From Patescibacteria group bacterium (lineage in GTDB: Bacteria > Patescibacteriota > Patescibacteriia > PEXW01): a stretch of DNA of 64,000 nt. The notes beneath the pieces were generated by a model that saw only the letters and a list, made by a program, of their open reading frames with translations, did no database searches and had not been told where the DNA came from. The position numbers and the translations under genes were made by a program. The stretch lies in the NCBI GenBank assembly GCA_041665345.1, contig JBAYJA010000003.1, forward strand, positions 39,202 through 103,201, in the 5' to 3' direction. Positions 44,186-53,975 of this stretch are shown here, piece after piece. The stretch's first letter is position 1. Every line of letters starts with the position of its first letter.

Positions 44186-44605
44186 ATGCCAAAGAAAGTG
44201 CAAACCAAAAATGTGGCGGTGGCGGAGGGAAATGCTGTCCCACAGAAAGACTGGCTGGAAGAGCGGTACGACGGCCAACTGGCAGTCGACGTTTTTCAAA
44301 CCCCAGACAGCATTGTCATTCAGTCCACGGTGGCTGGAGTGCGTTCGGAAGACCTGGATGTGGCGGTGAGTAATGACCTGGTGACCATCCGCGGCGTACG
44401 GCACAATGACCAGCAGGTAGATGACGAGCAGTACTTCACCCAGGAGTGCTACTGGGGCGGGTTTTCCCGGTCCATTGTGCTGCCGGTGGATGTGCTGAGC
44501 GAGAAAGCTGATGCCAGCATGAAGAATGGTGTCCTGACCATTACCATCCCCAAAGTCAAAACCGCCAAGACCCAGGTTTTGAAAGTGAAGAGTGAGGACG
44601 AGTAA
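44186..44605 (+). CDS. Hsp20/alpha-crystallin family small heat-shock protein
   Basis: Alpha-crystallin domain ...DVFQTPDSIVIQSTVAGVRSEDLDVAV...GVLTITIPK. Confidence 0.9.
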   Translation: MPKKVQTKNVAVAEGNAVPQKDWLEERYDGQLAVDVFQTPDSIVIQSTVAGVRSEDLDVAVSNDLVTIRGVRHNDQQVDDEQYFTQECYWGGFSRSIVLPVDVLSEKADASMKNGVLTITIPKVKTAKTQVLKVKSEDE

Positions 44606-44691
44606 CGTCCCTTTTCGTCCGCACGCGCGGCAAGAGTCTGTGCGGTGGGCGTTTCCCACCGTTTTTTGTTAGCTCCAATCCCTTACTTTTT

Positions 44692-44910
44692 ATGCGTGGA
44701 GTGATTGAAAAAATTGACGGCGGCCTGGCTACCATCCACTGCGATGACGGCCAAGTGCTGCAGTGGCAAACCCGGCAGCTGCCCATTGGCAGCAGGGTGG
44801 CTTCGGTGGTGGACATCACCGTGACCGTCGTCAACGTGCCAGCGCATGATCACGCTGAGGTTTCTCGCAAAGCCCTGAACACGATTCTCCAAAGCCATCC
44901 ACCGGCATGA
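44692..44910 (+). CDS. DUF3006-like small protein
   Basis: MRGVIEKIDGGLATIHCDDGQVLQWQTRQLPIGSRVASVVDIT fits the DUF3006 pattern (G.VdriEg..A.ie.ddG....vP...LP.ga.eG.vl). Overlaps the VanW start by 4 nt. Confidence 0.5.
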   Translation: MRGVIEKIDGGLATIHCDDGQVLQWQTRQLPIGSRVASVVDITVTVVNVPAHDHAEVSRKALNTILQSHPPA

Positions 44911-46736
44911 AGCGGAATTTCCTTCACCACGTGCGCAAGCAGGCCAAGAAAGTCCGTGGACCAGATGGCTGGTTTGCATTAGGGTTGCTGGTGCTCCTGG
45001 TTGCTGTCCTGGTGGCCGTGCCCAAACTCTATGCCAAGACCATTGTCCCTGGAGTGTGGATTGGGAATATGCCCGTGGGCGGGAAGACCGTGGCCGAAGC
45101 AACAGAGTTGCTGAATGTTCGGATGGATGTGCTGTACGACAAAGGCGTGAAAGTAACCATTGATGGGAAGACCACGAACCTGGCGACGCAGCAAGCGATT
45201 ACGGCCAGCGACGTGGCTCCCCCACTGGTGGATGTGAATGTGGAAGCCAGTGTGGACGGGGCGTTTGCCTATGGTCGAAACTTCGGCGTGGTACGCAGCA
45301 CGTTGCAGGCCTGGCGCGCCATGCTCTTCCGCAAACATGTTGACCCAGCCATGGAAGCAGATCCAACCTACATTGCTGATGCCTTGCACAAGCAGTACGG
45401 CGCGAAAGACAATCCAGCACAGGATGCACACCTGCAGTACGTTGGCGGTACGTTTCAAACCAAACCCGAGCAAGCCGGCAAAGCGTTGCAGTACGAGCCA
45501 GCAGCCATCGAAGTAGTTCGTGTCTGGAAAGCCTTGGCCGAGCCAGCGGTGACTCTGGTGGAAGGTGAAGATGTGGCGAAGGTGAAGGTTGCAGATGTGG
45601 AAAAGTTTTTTGATGATGCGCAAGAGATTGTTGACCGTGCGCCGGTAACCTTGCAGGTACCGGATGGTGAGGCGGTAACGTTGAACGCGGCAGCCGTGGC
45701 TGGGGGTCTGGACGTGATTCCTGGTACCAAGCGCGGGTCGTTCACATTGGCGTTTACCGAAGCGAAGTTACAGAAAACCCTAGACAGCATTCGGGCGAAG
45801 ACCGATGTGGAAGCCCAGGATGCGCGTTTCCAGATCAGCGGAGGAAAAGTTACTGAGTTTGCTGCCGGGAAAATTGGGAAGCAGCTTGATGACGCGGCAA
45901 CGGTGGCTGCGCTGAACACTCAGGTCATTGGGAAAGACGCAAGTGTTGCGGTTGCTGTAGTGACGACTGTCCAACCGCAGTCAGCGGCAGACAGCGCAGC
46001 GGAGCTGGGCATTACTGAGCTGGTGGCGACCGGGAAAACGAATTTCGCCGGCAGTCCTACCAATCGCCGGAAGAACATTGCCAACGCGGTGAGGTTACTG
46101 AATGGATTGCTGATTCAGTCCGGCGAGGAATTTTCATTGGTGAAAGCGCTGTCCCCCATCGAACTTAGCAACGGGTACTTCCCAGAGTTGGTCATTAAAG
46201 GTAATCGGACCATCCCAGAAGTTGGCGGCGGTCTCTGTCAGGTTGGTACCACCATGTTCCGTTTGATTCTCAATTCCGGCCTGCCCGTCTTGGAACGGCG
46301 GAACCACAGCTACCGGGTGAGCTACTACGAGCCGCCCGTGGGCATGGACGCTACCATTTACGATCCCAGTCCAGATTTCCGATTCACAAACGACTACGCC
46401 ACAGCCTTGCTCCTCCAAACTCGGGTGGTGAAAGACGATCTCATCTTTGACTTCTACGGTACCAAAGATGGCCGCGTGGCGCACTCCTCTACGCCCAAGC
46501 TTTTCAATGTCACCAAGCCACCAGCGGTGAAGTACATTAAGACCACAGACATGGCCGTGGGGCAGAAGAAGCGTCTGGAGCGGGCGCACAACGGCGGGTC
46601 AGCGGAGTTTACCTATACGGTGACCAAAGATGGGAAGACCACCACCAAAGTCTTCACCAGTAAGTACCGTGCCTGGCAGGAAGTCTGGTTGGTTGGCGCC
46701 ACTGCTGAGGAAGTTGCAGCTGAGCAAGCAGCGTGA
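44907..46736 (+). CDS. VanW family protein (membrane-anchored)
   Basis: N-terminal TM anchor. C-terminal VanW core GEEFSLVKALSPIELSNGYFPELVIKGNRTIPEVGGGLCQVGTTMFRLILNSGLPVLERRNHSYRVSYY. Confidence 0.85.
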   Translation: MKRNFLHHVRKQAKKVRGPDGWFALGLLVLLVAVLVAVPKLYAKTIVPGVWIGNMPVGGKTVAEATELLNVRMDVLYDKGVKVTIDGKTTNLATQQAITASDVAPPLVDVNVEASVDGAFAYGRNFGVVRSTLQAWRAMLFRKHVDPAMEADPTYIADALHKQYGAKDNPAQDAHLQYVGGTFQTKPEQAGKALQYEPAAIEVVRVWKALAEPAVTLVEGEDVAKVKVADVEKFFDDAQEIVDRAPVTLQVPDGEAVTLNAAAVAGGLDVIPGTKRGSFTLAFTEAKLQKTLDSIRAKTDVEAQDARFQISGGKVTEFAAGKIGKQLDDAATVAALNTQVIGKDASVAVAVVTTVQPQSAADSAAELGITELVATGKTNFAGSPTNRRKNIANAVRLLNGLLIQSGEEFSLVKALSPIELSNGYFPELVIKGNRTIPEVGGGLCQVGTTMFRLILNSGLPVLERRNHSYRVSYYEPPVGMDATIYDPSPDFRFTNDYATALLLQTRVVKDDLIFDFYGTKDGRVAHSSTPKLFNVTKPPAVKYIKTTDMAVGQKKRLERAHNGGSAEFTYTVTKDGKTTTKVFTSKYRAWQEVWLVGATAEEVAAEQAA

Positions 46737-46745
46737 GGAAGTCGT

Positions 46746-46780
46746 AAAGCTGTAAAGCCATAGAGCTGTAGAGGTCTTGA
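46746..46780 (+). repeat. tandem short repeats gtaaagctgtaaag / atagagctgtagag (also at 53702-53735)
   Basis: cgtaaagctgtaaagccatagagctgtagagg versus gccgtagagctgtagagcggtaaagctgtaaggg at 53702-53735. Confidence 0.5.
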
Positions 46781-46883
46781 AGGCTCGTGCCATTCTGTAA
46801 TTGTGAAGTCTCGCCTTTGGCGGGGTGTGGCCGACGAGGCAGGTATTGTAGTACGGAGTCGTAACGCGGCAAACGTTTTATTT

Positions 46884-46961
46884 TTCTGTCATCCTGAATC
46901 ATATGAAGGATCTCCAGACTATGGATGAACCTCGGAGATTCTTCGTCAGACTCAGAATGAC
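46884..46961 (+). repeat. nested inverted-repeat (double hairpin) element
   Basis: Outer IR tgtcatcctga (46886-46896) / tcagaatgaca (46948-46958). Inner IR gaaggatctcc / ggagattcttc. Related tctgtcat motif at 53741. Confidence 0.45.
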
Positions 46962-47026
46962 AAAGGGAGGGAAGGATTAAGGTTAGGTTTTCGATGGTGG
47001 ATGGAAGAGGGGGATGCGGGTCAGGC

Positions 47027-47134
47027 AAGGGTATGGATGCTCGTTATGGTATAGGGTATGGAAGAAGGGTGCTCTGCATTTTTTCACCAAACCCAAGACC
47101 TCCACCCTAACAAGCATCCACACCTCTATCCTTC
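47027..47134. repeat. imperfect palindrome formed by two inverted copies of the G-rich repeat family
   Basis: gggtatggatgctcgttatggtataggg (47027-47054) and the RC of 47100-47134 (gaggtgtggatgcttgttagggtggagg) align at about 80% identity, forming potential long hairpin arms about 45 nt apart. Confidence 0.5.
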
Positions 47135-47196
47135 AACCATGCTCGTCATACCCAAACCCCCGCTACATAAGCTTGTGTACGTAAAAAAGTAGGTAA

Positions 47197-47230
47197 GAAA
47201 AAACCAGGCGTCCGAAGCGTCTGGCTTTTT
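47197..47230. terminator. bidirectional rho-independent terminator
   Basis: aaaaaa ccaggcg tccgaag cgtctgg cttttt, a 7-bp stem (one G-U pair) with both an A-run and a T-run. It lies 76 nt downstream of gene 47307..47951(-). Confidence 0.55.
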
Positions 47231-47306
47231 GGTAGGAACAATTTGGGGAAGGGAGGTTCGTCGTCGGGCACGATCCGTGTGCTCGGGAAGTAGGTTATCA
47301 CTGGTT

Positions 47307-47951
47307 CTAGAACATAGTTGCGAGTGAACGTTTCAGTGACTGGTACATATTATCGTTCTGCTCAAGTCTCGCCTGCGCCTGATTCTCGCTCAAGCCGCTG
47401 ATCCAGGTTTTTCCCTGTGAAAGGGAGATTTCAATGAATGCTCCAGGCTGCAAAGATGTGCCTGTTGCTATTTCCATCTCACCCGCTTTGAAGACTGAAC
47501 CTTCGGGTTTCTGTGCGACTTGCTCTGCCTCATCTAGATGTAGCTGTCTACAGTAGAGAACGGTTTTGCCAGTCTCTTCTCCGCAGTTCATCATGATTTC
47601 GTACTGTCCAGATTCAAGGTTTGTTAATCCAGATCCAGCATCGGCAACTGCGCCATTTCTCTGACTGCCGACCGTTATGAATGCGAAGGCCAAGAATACG
47701 GATGATGCAGTTAGTCCCCAGCGAAGGACGCGGTTACGCCCCTCATGGACTTTAATAGCAGCTTTCCCCCACCACTTTTCCTGGAGTTCAGCAGCATTAA
47801 AGTTCTTCGTGTACTTGGCAGCGAGGTAGCGTAAACCACCAGTCGCTGCGAGGCACAGAAGAAATAATGTCCCCCAATCGATGTCCGTAATGATCCAGGA
47901 TTTCGTGGCAACGAAGAAATCGAGGATTAACCGGATAATGTCTTGAACCAC
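47307..47951 (-). CDS. hypothetical membrane protein
   Basis: 214 aa with N-terminal TM segments. No recognisable domain. Confidence 0.5.
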   Translation of the reverse strand: MVQDIIRLILDFFVATKSWIITDIDWGTLFLLCLAATGGLRYLAAKYTKNFNAAELQEKWWGKAAIKVHEGRNRVLRWGLTASSVFLAFAFITVGSQRNGAVADAGSGLTNLESGQYEIMMNCGEETGKTVLYCRQLHLDEAEQVAQKPEGSVFKAGEMEIATGTSLQPGAFIEISLSQGKTWISGLSENQAQARLEQNDNMYQSLKRSLATMF

Positions 47952-48395
47952 GTTTACCTCCTTGTGTAGTGTAACGTGCGTTGTTAGGTTACGGTTTATT
48001 TCCCTTCAATCTAATAATAACAAAAATCAGCTACCCATCTGCAGCCGAGGGCAAGAGGAATCTGCAGCCAAGAAGATTGTAACGTGGTAGGACGCAGAAA
48101 AAATCCGTGTCCACCGCGCTACAACCCCCATGCTTGTCGTGGCTGCAGGTTGCTCCTGCCGGGGTTGTATCGGGGTGCAAATGGCTAGCTGGTTTATCAA
48201 GGTGGTGCGTTTGGGAACAGCACTGCTGTACACGCAAAACACCTCTTTCAGAACGTGTGACCTTAGCACTGGGTGCAAATCCTGTCAAGGCCTGGGGAGC
48301 GAATTTGGCTAAGGTTAGCCAAAAAGTGCCTTGATTCTTCTGAAAAAGGGTGGTACGCTTGGCAAGCTACAGTATTTTCCCCTTCATTATCGCAT

Positions 48396-49907
48396 ATGAT
48401 TGTTACTCCCGTCCCCTACCGTTCCAAACCCACAAGCCGCGTGACGATTCTCGCCCTCTTTGCCAAGGCAGAGGTGCGACAGCACCCGTTCTTTTCCGGT
48501 TTACCCAGTGGTGTGCAGCAAACTGTCCTTGCATTTGTGAAGTCCAAAGAATTTGCAGGCCGGGCTGATGAAGTGCGGGTGATCCCCTACGGCAGTACCG
48601 GCAAGTCAGTACTCCTGCTGGGATTAGGTGAGAAGAAAACCTGGAACCATCGGACAGCAATGGTAGCGAGCCGACGCATTGTCATGGTGGCAAAGCAGCA
48701 CCGTTTGGTGGATGTGGCAGTGCGTTTGGAAGATTTGGCGTGGGCGAATGCTTCTCCTTCGGCAGTGGCCCAGGTGATTACGGAGAACGCGCACCTGGCA
48801 CACTACGATTACACGCGGTACCGCAGCTCGCCCACGGGTGGCTGGCCGAATGTCCGCAAGCTCACCCTGCTTTGTGCAGTAGGCATCCTCCCAGCAGTGA
48901 AGCGCGGGGTGAAGGCTGGTACGGTGATTGCTGACGCGACGAATCACGCGCGGGATTTGGCAAACACGCCGGGTGGCGACTTAACACCCGAGGGGGTTTC
49001 TGCTGCTGCGGTGAACGTTGGGAAGGACCACGGTGTCCGCGTACACGTTCTTCATAAGAAAGATTTAGAAAAGTTGGGTGCTGGTGGCATCCTGGGTGTT
49101 GCCCGAGGTTCTGATGCGCCCCCAACGCTGACCATCATGGAGTACGCCGCACCAGGCCATGCCAAAGACCAGCCACTTGTCTTCATTGGTAAAGGGGTGA
49201 CCTTTGATTCCGGTGGTTTGAATGTGAAGCCAGATACGTCCATGTACGAGATGCACATGGATATGTCGGGTGGTGCAGCCGTCATTGGTGCCCTGGCGGC
49301 GGTGGCGCAGCTGAAGCTCCCTGTCCGGGTCATTGGACTTATCCCAGCGGCTGAGAATATGTCGGCGGGCGCGGCGTACCGGCCAGGTGACCAGCTGAAG
49401 AGTTTATCAGGCAAGACTATTGAGGTGATGCACACTGATGCCGAAGGTCGCATTCTGTTGGCTGACGCCCTCACCTATGCGGAACGCTACCAGCCCGCAG
49501 CAGTTATTGATGTGGCCACACTGACCGGAGCCGCGGTTGTAGCCTTAGGAAATCGTGCTGCAGCGCTGCTCTCCCCCAATGAAACATTCTCTCAGGAATT
49601 GCGGACGCTGGCGGAAACGAGCGGAGATTTTGCCTGGCCGCTCCCTTTGTGGACAGAGTACGAAGCTGAAATAAAAGGCACGTTTGGAGACTTCTCGAAT
49701 ACAGGGAAAAGTCGGAGTGGTGGGGCGATTACCGCCGCTGCGTTCCTGTGGCAGTTTGCCAAGAAGTTTTCCAAATGGGCGCACATGGACATCGCGCCAA
49801 CTATGACCAGTATTGAAGGGCAGCACTTGGCCAAAGGTGCCACCGGAGCAGGTACGCGCTTGTTGGTTGCTTACGCTCGGAGTCTCGTTGCGTCATTGCA
49901 AGAGTAA
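48396..49907 (+). CDS. pepA: leucyl aminopeptidase (M17 family)
   Basis: M17 signatures NHARDLANTPGGDLTPEG, VFIGKGVTFDSGGLNVKP and NTDAEGRILLADALTYAE. Start at ATG 48396. The alternative GTG at 48273 would add 41 aa. Confidence 0.85.
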   Translation: MIVTPVPYRSKPTSRVTILALFAKAEVRQHPFFSGLPSGVQQTVLAFVKSKEFAGRADEVRVIPYGSTGKSVLLLGLGEKKTWNHRTAMVASRRIVMVAKQHRLVDVAVRLEDLAWANASPSAVAQVITENAHLAHYDYTRYRSSPTGGWPNVRKLTLLCAVGILPAVKRGVKAGTVIADATNHARDLANTPGGDLTPEGVSAAAVNVGKDHGVRVHVLHKKDLEKLGAGGILGVARGSDAPPTLTIMEYAAPGHAKDQPLVFIGKGVTFDSGGLNVKPDTSMYEMHMDMSGGAAVIGALAAVAQLKLPVRVIGLIPAAENMSAGAAYRPGDQLKSLSGKTIEVMHTDAEGRILLADALTYAERYQPAAVIDVATLTGAAVVALGNRAAALLSPNETFSQELRTLAETSGDFAWPLPLWTEYEAEIKGTFGDFSNTGKSRSGGAITAAAFLWQFAKKFSKWAHMDIAPTMTSIEGQHLAKGATGAGTRLLVAYARSLVASLQE

Positions 49908-49910
49908 GGT

Positions 49911-50939
49911 ATGGCGAAAGTGATAAATAATGTTCTGACCCCGGAAGAGCAACCAGAAGAGCAGACTTTTGACATTAGCCTGCGACCAAAGAAATTGGCG
50001 GAGTACGTGGGGCAGTCGCAGATTAAGGAGAGCCTGGTCATTGCTATTCGAGCAGCGCAGCACCGCAAAGAAGCGCTGGACCACGTGCTGCTGTACGGCG
50101 GCCCGGGTTTGGGCAAGACCACGCTGGCACACGTCATTGGCGAAGAGCTAGGCACCACTGTCCGCGTGACCAGTGGTCCGGCCTTGGAGCGCGCGGGTGA
50201 CCTGGCTGCCATTCTCACTAACCTGGCCGAAGGTGACATTCTCTTCATTGATGAAATCCACCGCTTGCCCCGCGCCGTGGAAGAAATTCTGTACCCGGCG
50301 TTGGAAGATTTTGCCATCGACATTGTCGTGGGTAAAGGCCCCGGCGCCCGCACGCTGCGTTTGGATTTACCGCACTGCACCATTGTGGGTGCGACCACGC
50401 GTTTAGCGCTTCTCTCGGGGCCACTTCGAGACCGGTTTGGGTTGACGTTCCATTTGGACTACTACACGGACGAAGACATTGCGGCAATTTTGGAACGCTC
50501 GGCTCGGTTGCTGAATATCACATTGGATCCAGCAGCCAAGCAGCTGCTCTCCACCCGCGCGCGCCGTACCCCCCGGGTTGCGAATCGACTACTGAAGCGG
50601 GTTCGGGACTTTGCTCAGGTACGGCACGATGGCGTGGTTACCGTGCCCGCGGCAACTGCAGCCCTGGAGCAGCTGGGCATTGATACGCTGGGCCTGGATG
50701 TGGTTGACCGGCGCGTGCTCACCACGATCATTGACCAATTTAATGGCGGGCCGGTAGGTTTGAGCACGGTCGCAGCAACTACCGGTGAAGACATGCAAAC
50801 GCTGGAAGATGTGGTGGAACCGTTCCTCTTGCAAATGGGCTTGCTCGCTCGTACCCCGCGGGGTCGGGTAGCCACGCCCGCCGCGTACACACACCTGGAG
50901 CGGGAGATGCCCAAGGATTTGCAGCAAAGGTTGGTCTGA
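49911..50939 (+). CDS. ruvB: Holliday junction branch migration helicase RuvB
   Basis: AAA+ Walker [29 protein letters not shown] and a C-terminal winged helix. Confidence 0.95.
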   Translation: MAKVINNVLTPEEQPEEQTFDISLRPKKLAEYVGQSQIKESLVIAIRAAQHRKEALDHVLLYGGPGLGKTTLAHVIGEELGTTVRVTSGPALERAGDLAAILTNLAEGDILFIDEIHRLPRAVEEILYPALEDFAIDIVVGKGPGARTLRLDLPHCTIVGATTRLALLSGPLRDRFGLTFHLDYYTDEDIAAILERSARLLNITLDPAAKQLLSTRARRTPRVANRLLKRVRDFAQVRHDGVVTVPAATAALEQLGIDTLGLDVVDRRVLTTIIDQFNGGPVGLSTVAATTGEDMQTLEDVVEPFLLQMGLLARTPRGRVATPAAYTHLEREMPKDLQQRLV

Positions 50940-51002
50940 GGGGTAGCGAGTTAGTGCGTTGGCAAGCTGGCGAGTTAGTAAGTATTCATATTTTGGGTAT
51001 AC

Positions 51003-51028
51003 AAAAACCGACACGGGTGAGGTGTCGG
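51003..51028 (-). terminator. rho-independent terminator for 51051..52055
   Basis: ccgacac gggtgag gtgtcgg hairpin with an A-run upstream on plus. Confidence 0.55.
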
Positions 51029-51050
51029 CTGAAAGGTGCATGATAGAAAA

Positions 51051-52055
51051 CTACAAATTTGCGTAGTACCGCTCGGCGCATTTTTGTGCCATTGTGATCG
51101 CAGCCTGCTCATTCGGAAAGTCGCCGAACTGAGCGAGGAGGCTCACAGTGGCGCCGTCAGCACTCCGGACGTATAGGACAGGTTCAACATTAGGTTCAGC
51201 ATCAGGTCGGTAGCTCCCCTCCACAATACTAATAGCATCCGGTGTGACCGCAACACAGGCATGGTAGTCGGCTCTCTGAACAGCGAGCAAGCGATTCCCG
51301 AATTCTTGTGGCGGCGTGGGAAAGTGGACGATAACTGATGCATTTCCATTTACCGGATAGTCGAACAAATTTGGCCAGTAGTTTTTGAGCCTTTTTTGTT
51401 CCCATAAACGCCTCTGCTGTTCATGGACACTATTGGATCGGAGTTTACTAGCTTTCTTTGAGTCCAAGACGATTAATGTGATGACGCATAAAATTGTCAG
51501 GATCCCGACTGGGAGCCATATTGCACTTTTCTGCAACCTGAGCACGCATGTTCCCACAAAGGAGAGAAGCATTAGGATGATTGTGATTTTCGTCGCGGTG
51601 TCTTCCATTCTTTGAGAATATAAGAGTTTTTTCTCAAATTCATCGTGTCGGAATAGTATTCCTGTGCGCCCCTGCGCATCCATGTTTTCAAAGCGGTACA
51701 GTCCGCAGGCCAGGCAGAAGTCTTGCCAAAGCTTTGCGGGTAGTGTGGCCAAAGGCATGGTACCGGTCTTGGAGAGCACCTCGGCTTCAAAGTTCCGAAT
51801 CGCAAGTTCTTCGGCGTCCAGCGATCCCAATTGCTGCGGGTTCTTGTAGCCCACAACCGTTGAGACAGTAAATCCTGCGAGTTCCTCCTGTTGGTAGATG
51901 GGCTCACCTGGTTCATTGTGATCAATGCTCGCTCGGATAGATGACCGCAGTTGGTTCCGACGTTCTTCGGTTACCTCTGCGAGAGTAAGAATTGGGTTCA
52001 TGTATTCCTCCTGCACGAAGGGTTTTAGGTTTTCAAGATTACTTTCTTTATTCAA
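51051..52055 (-). CDS. hypothetical membrane protein
   Basis: 334 aa with two central TM helices. No recognisable domain. Confidence 0.5.
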   Translation of the reverse strand: MNKESNLENLKPFVQEEYMNPILTLAEVTEERRNQLRSSIRASIDHNEPGEPIYQQEELAGFTVSTVVGYKNPQQLGSLDAEELAIRNFEAEVLSKTGTMPLATLPAKLWQDFCLACGLYRFENMDAQGRTGILFRHDEFEKKLLYSQRMEDTATKITIILMLLSFVGTCVLRLQKSAIWLPVGILTILCVITLIVLDSKKASKLRSNSVHEQQRRLWEQKRLKNYWPNLFDYPVNGNASVIVHFPTPPQEFGNRLLAVQRADYHACVAVTPDAISIVEGSYRPDAEPNVEPVLYVRSADGATVSLLAQFGDFPNEQAAITMAQKCAERYYANL

Positions 52056-52134
52056 CTGACTTTACAATGCTGGATGTTCATTGTCAAGCATTTGTCGACT
52101 TTCTTTGATTCGACCAAAAAGCTATACTAATGAT

Positions 52135-52389
52135 ATGGAATTTAGCGCGTCGCTCATGCTCATCCCTTTCATCCTCCTGCTTTTGGCTTGGGGGTTTTTC
52201 AGTATTATCGCCATCCGGCAGGTGCTGCGCTTTGGATTCCTCACCCCAGTTGCTGTCCTCTCATCTTGTGCATACCTAGCTTTCTCTCTGATTATTGTCA
52301 CCATGGTGATCACTGAACTCCGGGGCGTTGACTGGTCAGCGGTTGTTACCGTGCCACTTCCCTCATTCTCCAGTACCCCAACCCTATGA
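52135..52389 (+). CDS. small membrane protein (3 TM)
   Basis: MEFSASLMLIPFILLLLAWGFFSIIAIRQVL.... Its stop overlaps the start of the next gene (ATGA). Confidence 0.4.
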   Translation: MEFSASLMLIPFILLLLAWGFFSIIAIRQVLRFGFLTPVAVLSSCAYLAFSLIIVTMVITELRGVDWSAVVTVPLPSFSSTPTL

Positions 52390-53039
52390 GGTTGCGCCCC
52401 ACATTTCCGGGGATGGTGCCGGGGGAGAAAGTTGTCCTGCTCTTGCACCGGCACTGGGTCTTTGGCTTGCGTTTGATTCTCGCTCACTTTGTTTTTATCA
52501 TTCCCCCGCTCGCTGCCTGGTGGGTACTGGGGCGGTACTCAACCGTCCTGGTGGATGGGACAAGCGCAGCGTACGCTTTTACCATTCTCCTCTTTGGGAC
52601 GTATGCACTTTTTTGGGCACTCGCCTTCTTCATTGCGTGGTTAAATTTTTACTTGGATACGTGGATTATCACTAACGAACGCATTATCAACATTGAACAG
52701 TTGCGCCTTTTCTACCGAACGGTTTCCGAGCAAAAGCTTTTTCGGGTGCAGGACGTCACGACTGATGTGCATGGGTTCTTTGCTGGCATTTTCCGGTACG
52801 GCAACGTGAGTGTGCAAACCGCCGCAGAAAAAGAGCGCTTCGTCTTTGAGCAAGTGCCGCACCCAGAAGACGTGGCGAAGACGATTATGCACCTCTTGGA
52901 ATCCATTGAATCGCAAATTGGCCTGGACGCCATGGCCAGGATTGAAGGGGACATTCCGCCGCCGGGACCAGCTACGCCGCGTTCCCAATCGCCGAAAGTC
53001 CCGCCCGCTCCAAAAGCACCAACCGGCTCAGCTGGGTAG
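52386..53039 (+). CDS. bacterial PH domain (bPH_2/YdbT-like) membrane protein
   Basis: GEKVVLLLHRHWVFGLRLIL..., two TM segments, then the bPH core ...TWIITNERIINIEQ...QDVTTDVHGFFAGIFRYGNVSVQTA. Confidence 0.65.
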   Translation: MRLRPTFPGMVPGEKVVLLLHRHWVFGLRLILAHFVFIIPPLAAWWVLGRYSTVLVDGTSAAYAFTILLFGTYALFWALAFFIAWLNFYLDTWIITNERIINIEQLRLFYRTVSEQKLFRVQDVTTDVHGFFAGIFRYGNVSVQTAAEKERFVFEQVPHPEDVAKTIMHLLESIESQIGLDAMARIEGDIPPPGPATPRSQSPKVPPAPKAPTGSAG

Positions 53040-53670
53040 CGTAGCCAAGCCAGTACTTCTGCTGGCGGCTCGCTTCCAATTCCACGGAGAAATTTTGCCA
53101 CACCGTTGGCTGCAGCCGCAGCCGAGTTTTTGCGCGGTCGCTATCAATGTCTGCTAAGCACGCACTCAGCCGGAACACTGCATCCCAGTTGGCGCTGTTG
53201 TTCTCCGCGTCAATGACATTTTGCACGCTGTCCCAGTCTGTGTCCGTCACCAACGCTGGCCGAAACCGATCTGCATCTGCGCCGTGCAAGTGCATGGCGT
53301 GAATGGTAAAGGCGGCCCAGTTTTGGGCTGCGCGGTGCGCATCAAGAACCCCAAGCATGGCTGCCCACAGATCTTCTGGTACCACAAGAATTGCTCCACG
53401 GGCAGGGTCGAGTTTCTTGAGGTGTGCCAGCCAGGCGGCGACGTTCTGCCAGTCTGCAGTTGCTTCCACTCTGGAGAGTTCACCCATAAGCCCTTCCCAA
53501 TCCACATCCGTCACTTCAAGCTGTTGTGTTCGCATTGGATCAATCATCATCAAATGCGCGCCCAACCAGGCAAAGTCATGCCAGCGTCGGCTCGCCGAAG
53601 CATTGGTGAGTTCTTGGACCATCGCTGCCCAGGTTTCCCCGTCGAGTAATTCCGTTGCAGACTTGAACAT
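52972..53670 (-). CDS. hypothetical protein with about four tandem approx. 45-aa repeats
   Basis: Start at MFKSATELL (ATG 53670). Repeat units ...TDxDWxxLxxxLxxxxAxxNWxAxxxHLxxLD.... Overlaps the 3' end of 52386..53039 (convergent). Confidence 0.45.
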   Translation of the reverse strand: MFKSATELLDGETWAAMVQELTNASASRRWHDFAWLGAHLMMIDPMRTQQLEVTDVDWEGLMGELSRVEATADWQNVAAWLAHLKKLDPARGAILVVPEDLWAAMLGVLDAHRAAQNWAAFTIHAMHLHGADADRFRPALVTDTDWDSVQNVIDAENNSANWDAVFRLSACLADIDSDRAKTRLRLQPTVWQNFSVELEASRQQKYWLGYATQLSRLVLLERAGLSAIGNAA

Positions 53671-53833
53671 GCAGGAAGTATAGCAGGGGGGAGGGGGAAG
53701 CCGTAGAGCTGTAGAGCGGTAAAGCTGTAAGGGCTTTTCTCTGTCATTGCGAGCTCCAGCAGGAGCGTGGCAATCTTTCGGTAATACGGAACCAGGCTGC
53801 ACCCTTTTTGCATACCTGGTTTATTTCACAATG

Positions 53834-53890
53834 TCTCCCCATCAGGATTACCTCCCCCACCCCCTCCTTCAAAAGGAGGGGAGGAGTTTT
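53834..53890 (-). repeat. approx. 60-nt GC-rich hairpin repeat, copy 2 (inverted relative to 43447-43504)
   Basis: RC reads aaactcctcccctccttttgaaggagggggtgggggaggtaatcctgatggggagac. Confidence 0.6.
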
Positions 53891-53975
53891 AGCTCTCAGC
53901 CATACCTCCTATCCGGCCCACACCTCCACCCAAAAACTCCACTCGCTGCCCCAACAAAACCGAGGCTTAATTACC

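Noticed and set aside
43078-47306. Search for tmRNA, RNase P RNA, SRP RNA or 6S RNA in the long intergenic regions
   Set aside because: No tRNA-like 3' end (GGTTCGANTCC...CCA) other than tRNA-Glu. No RNase P P4 motifs (AGGAAAGTCCGGGC / ACAGAAA). No SRP domain IV (GGAAGGAAGCAGC). I could not support any known ncRNA call.
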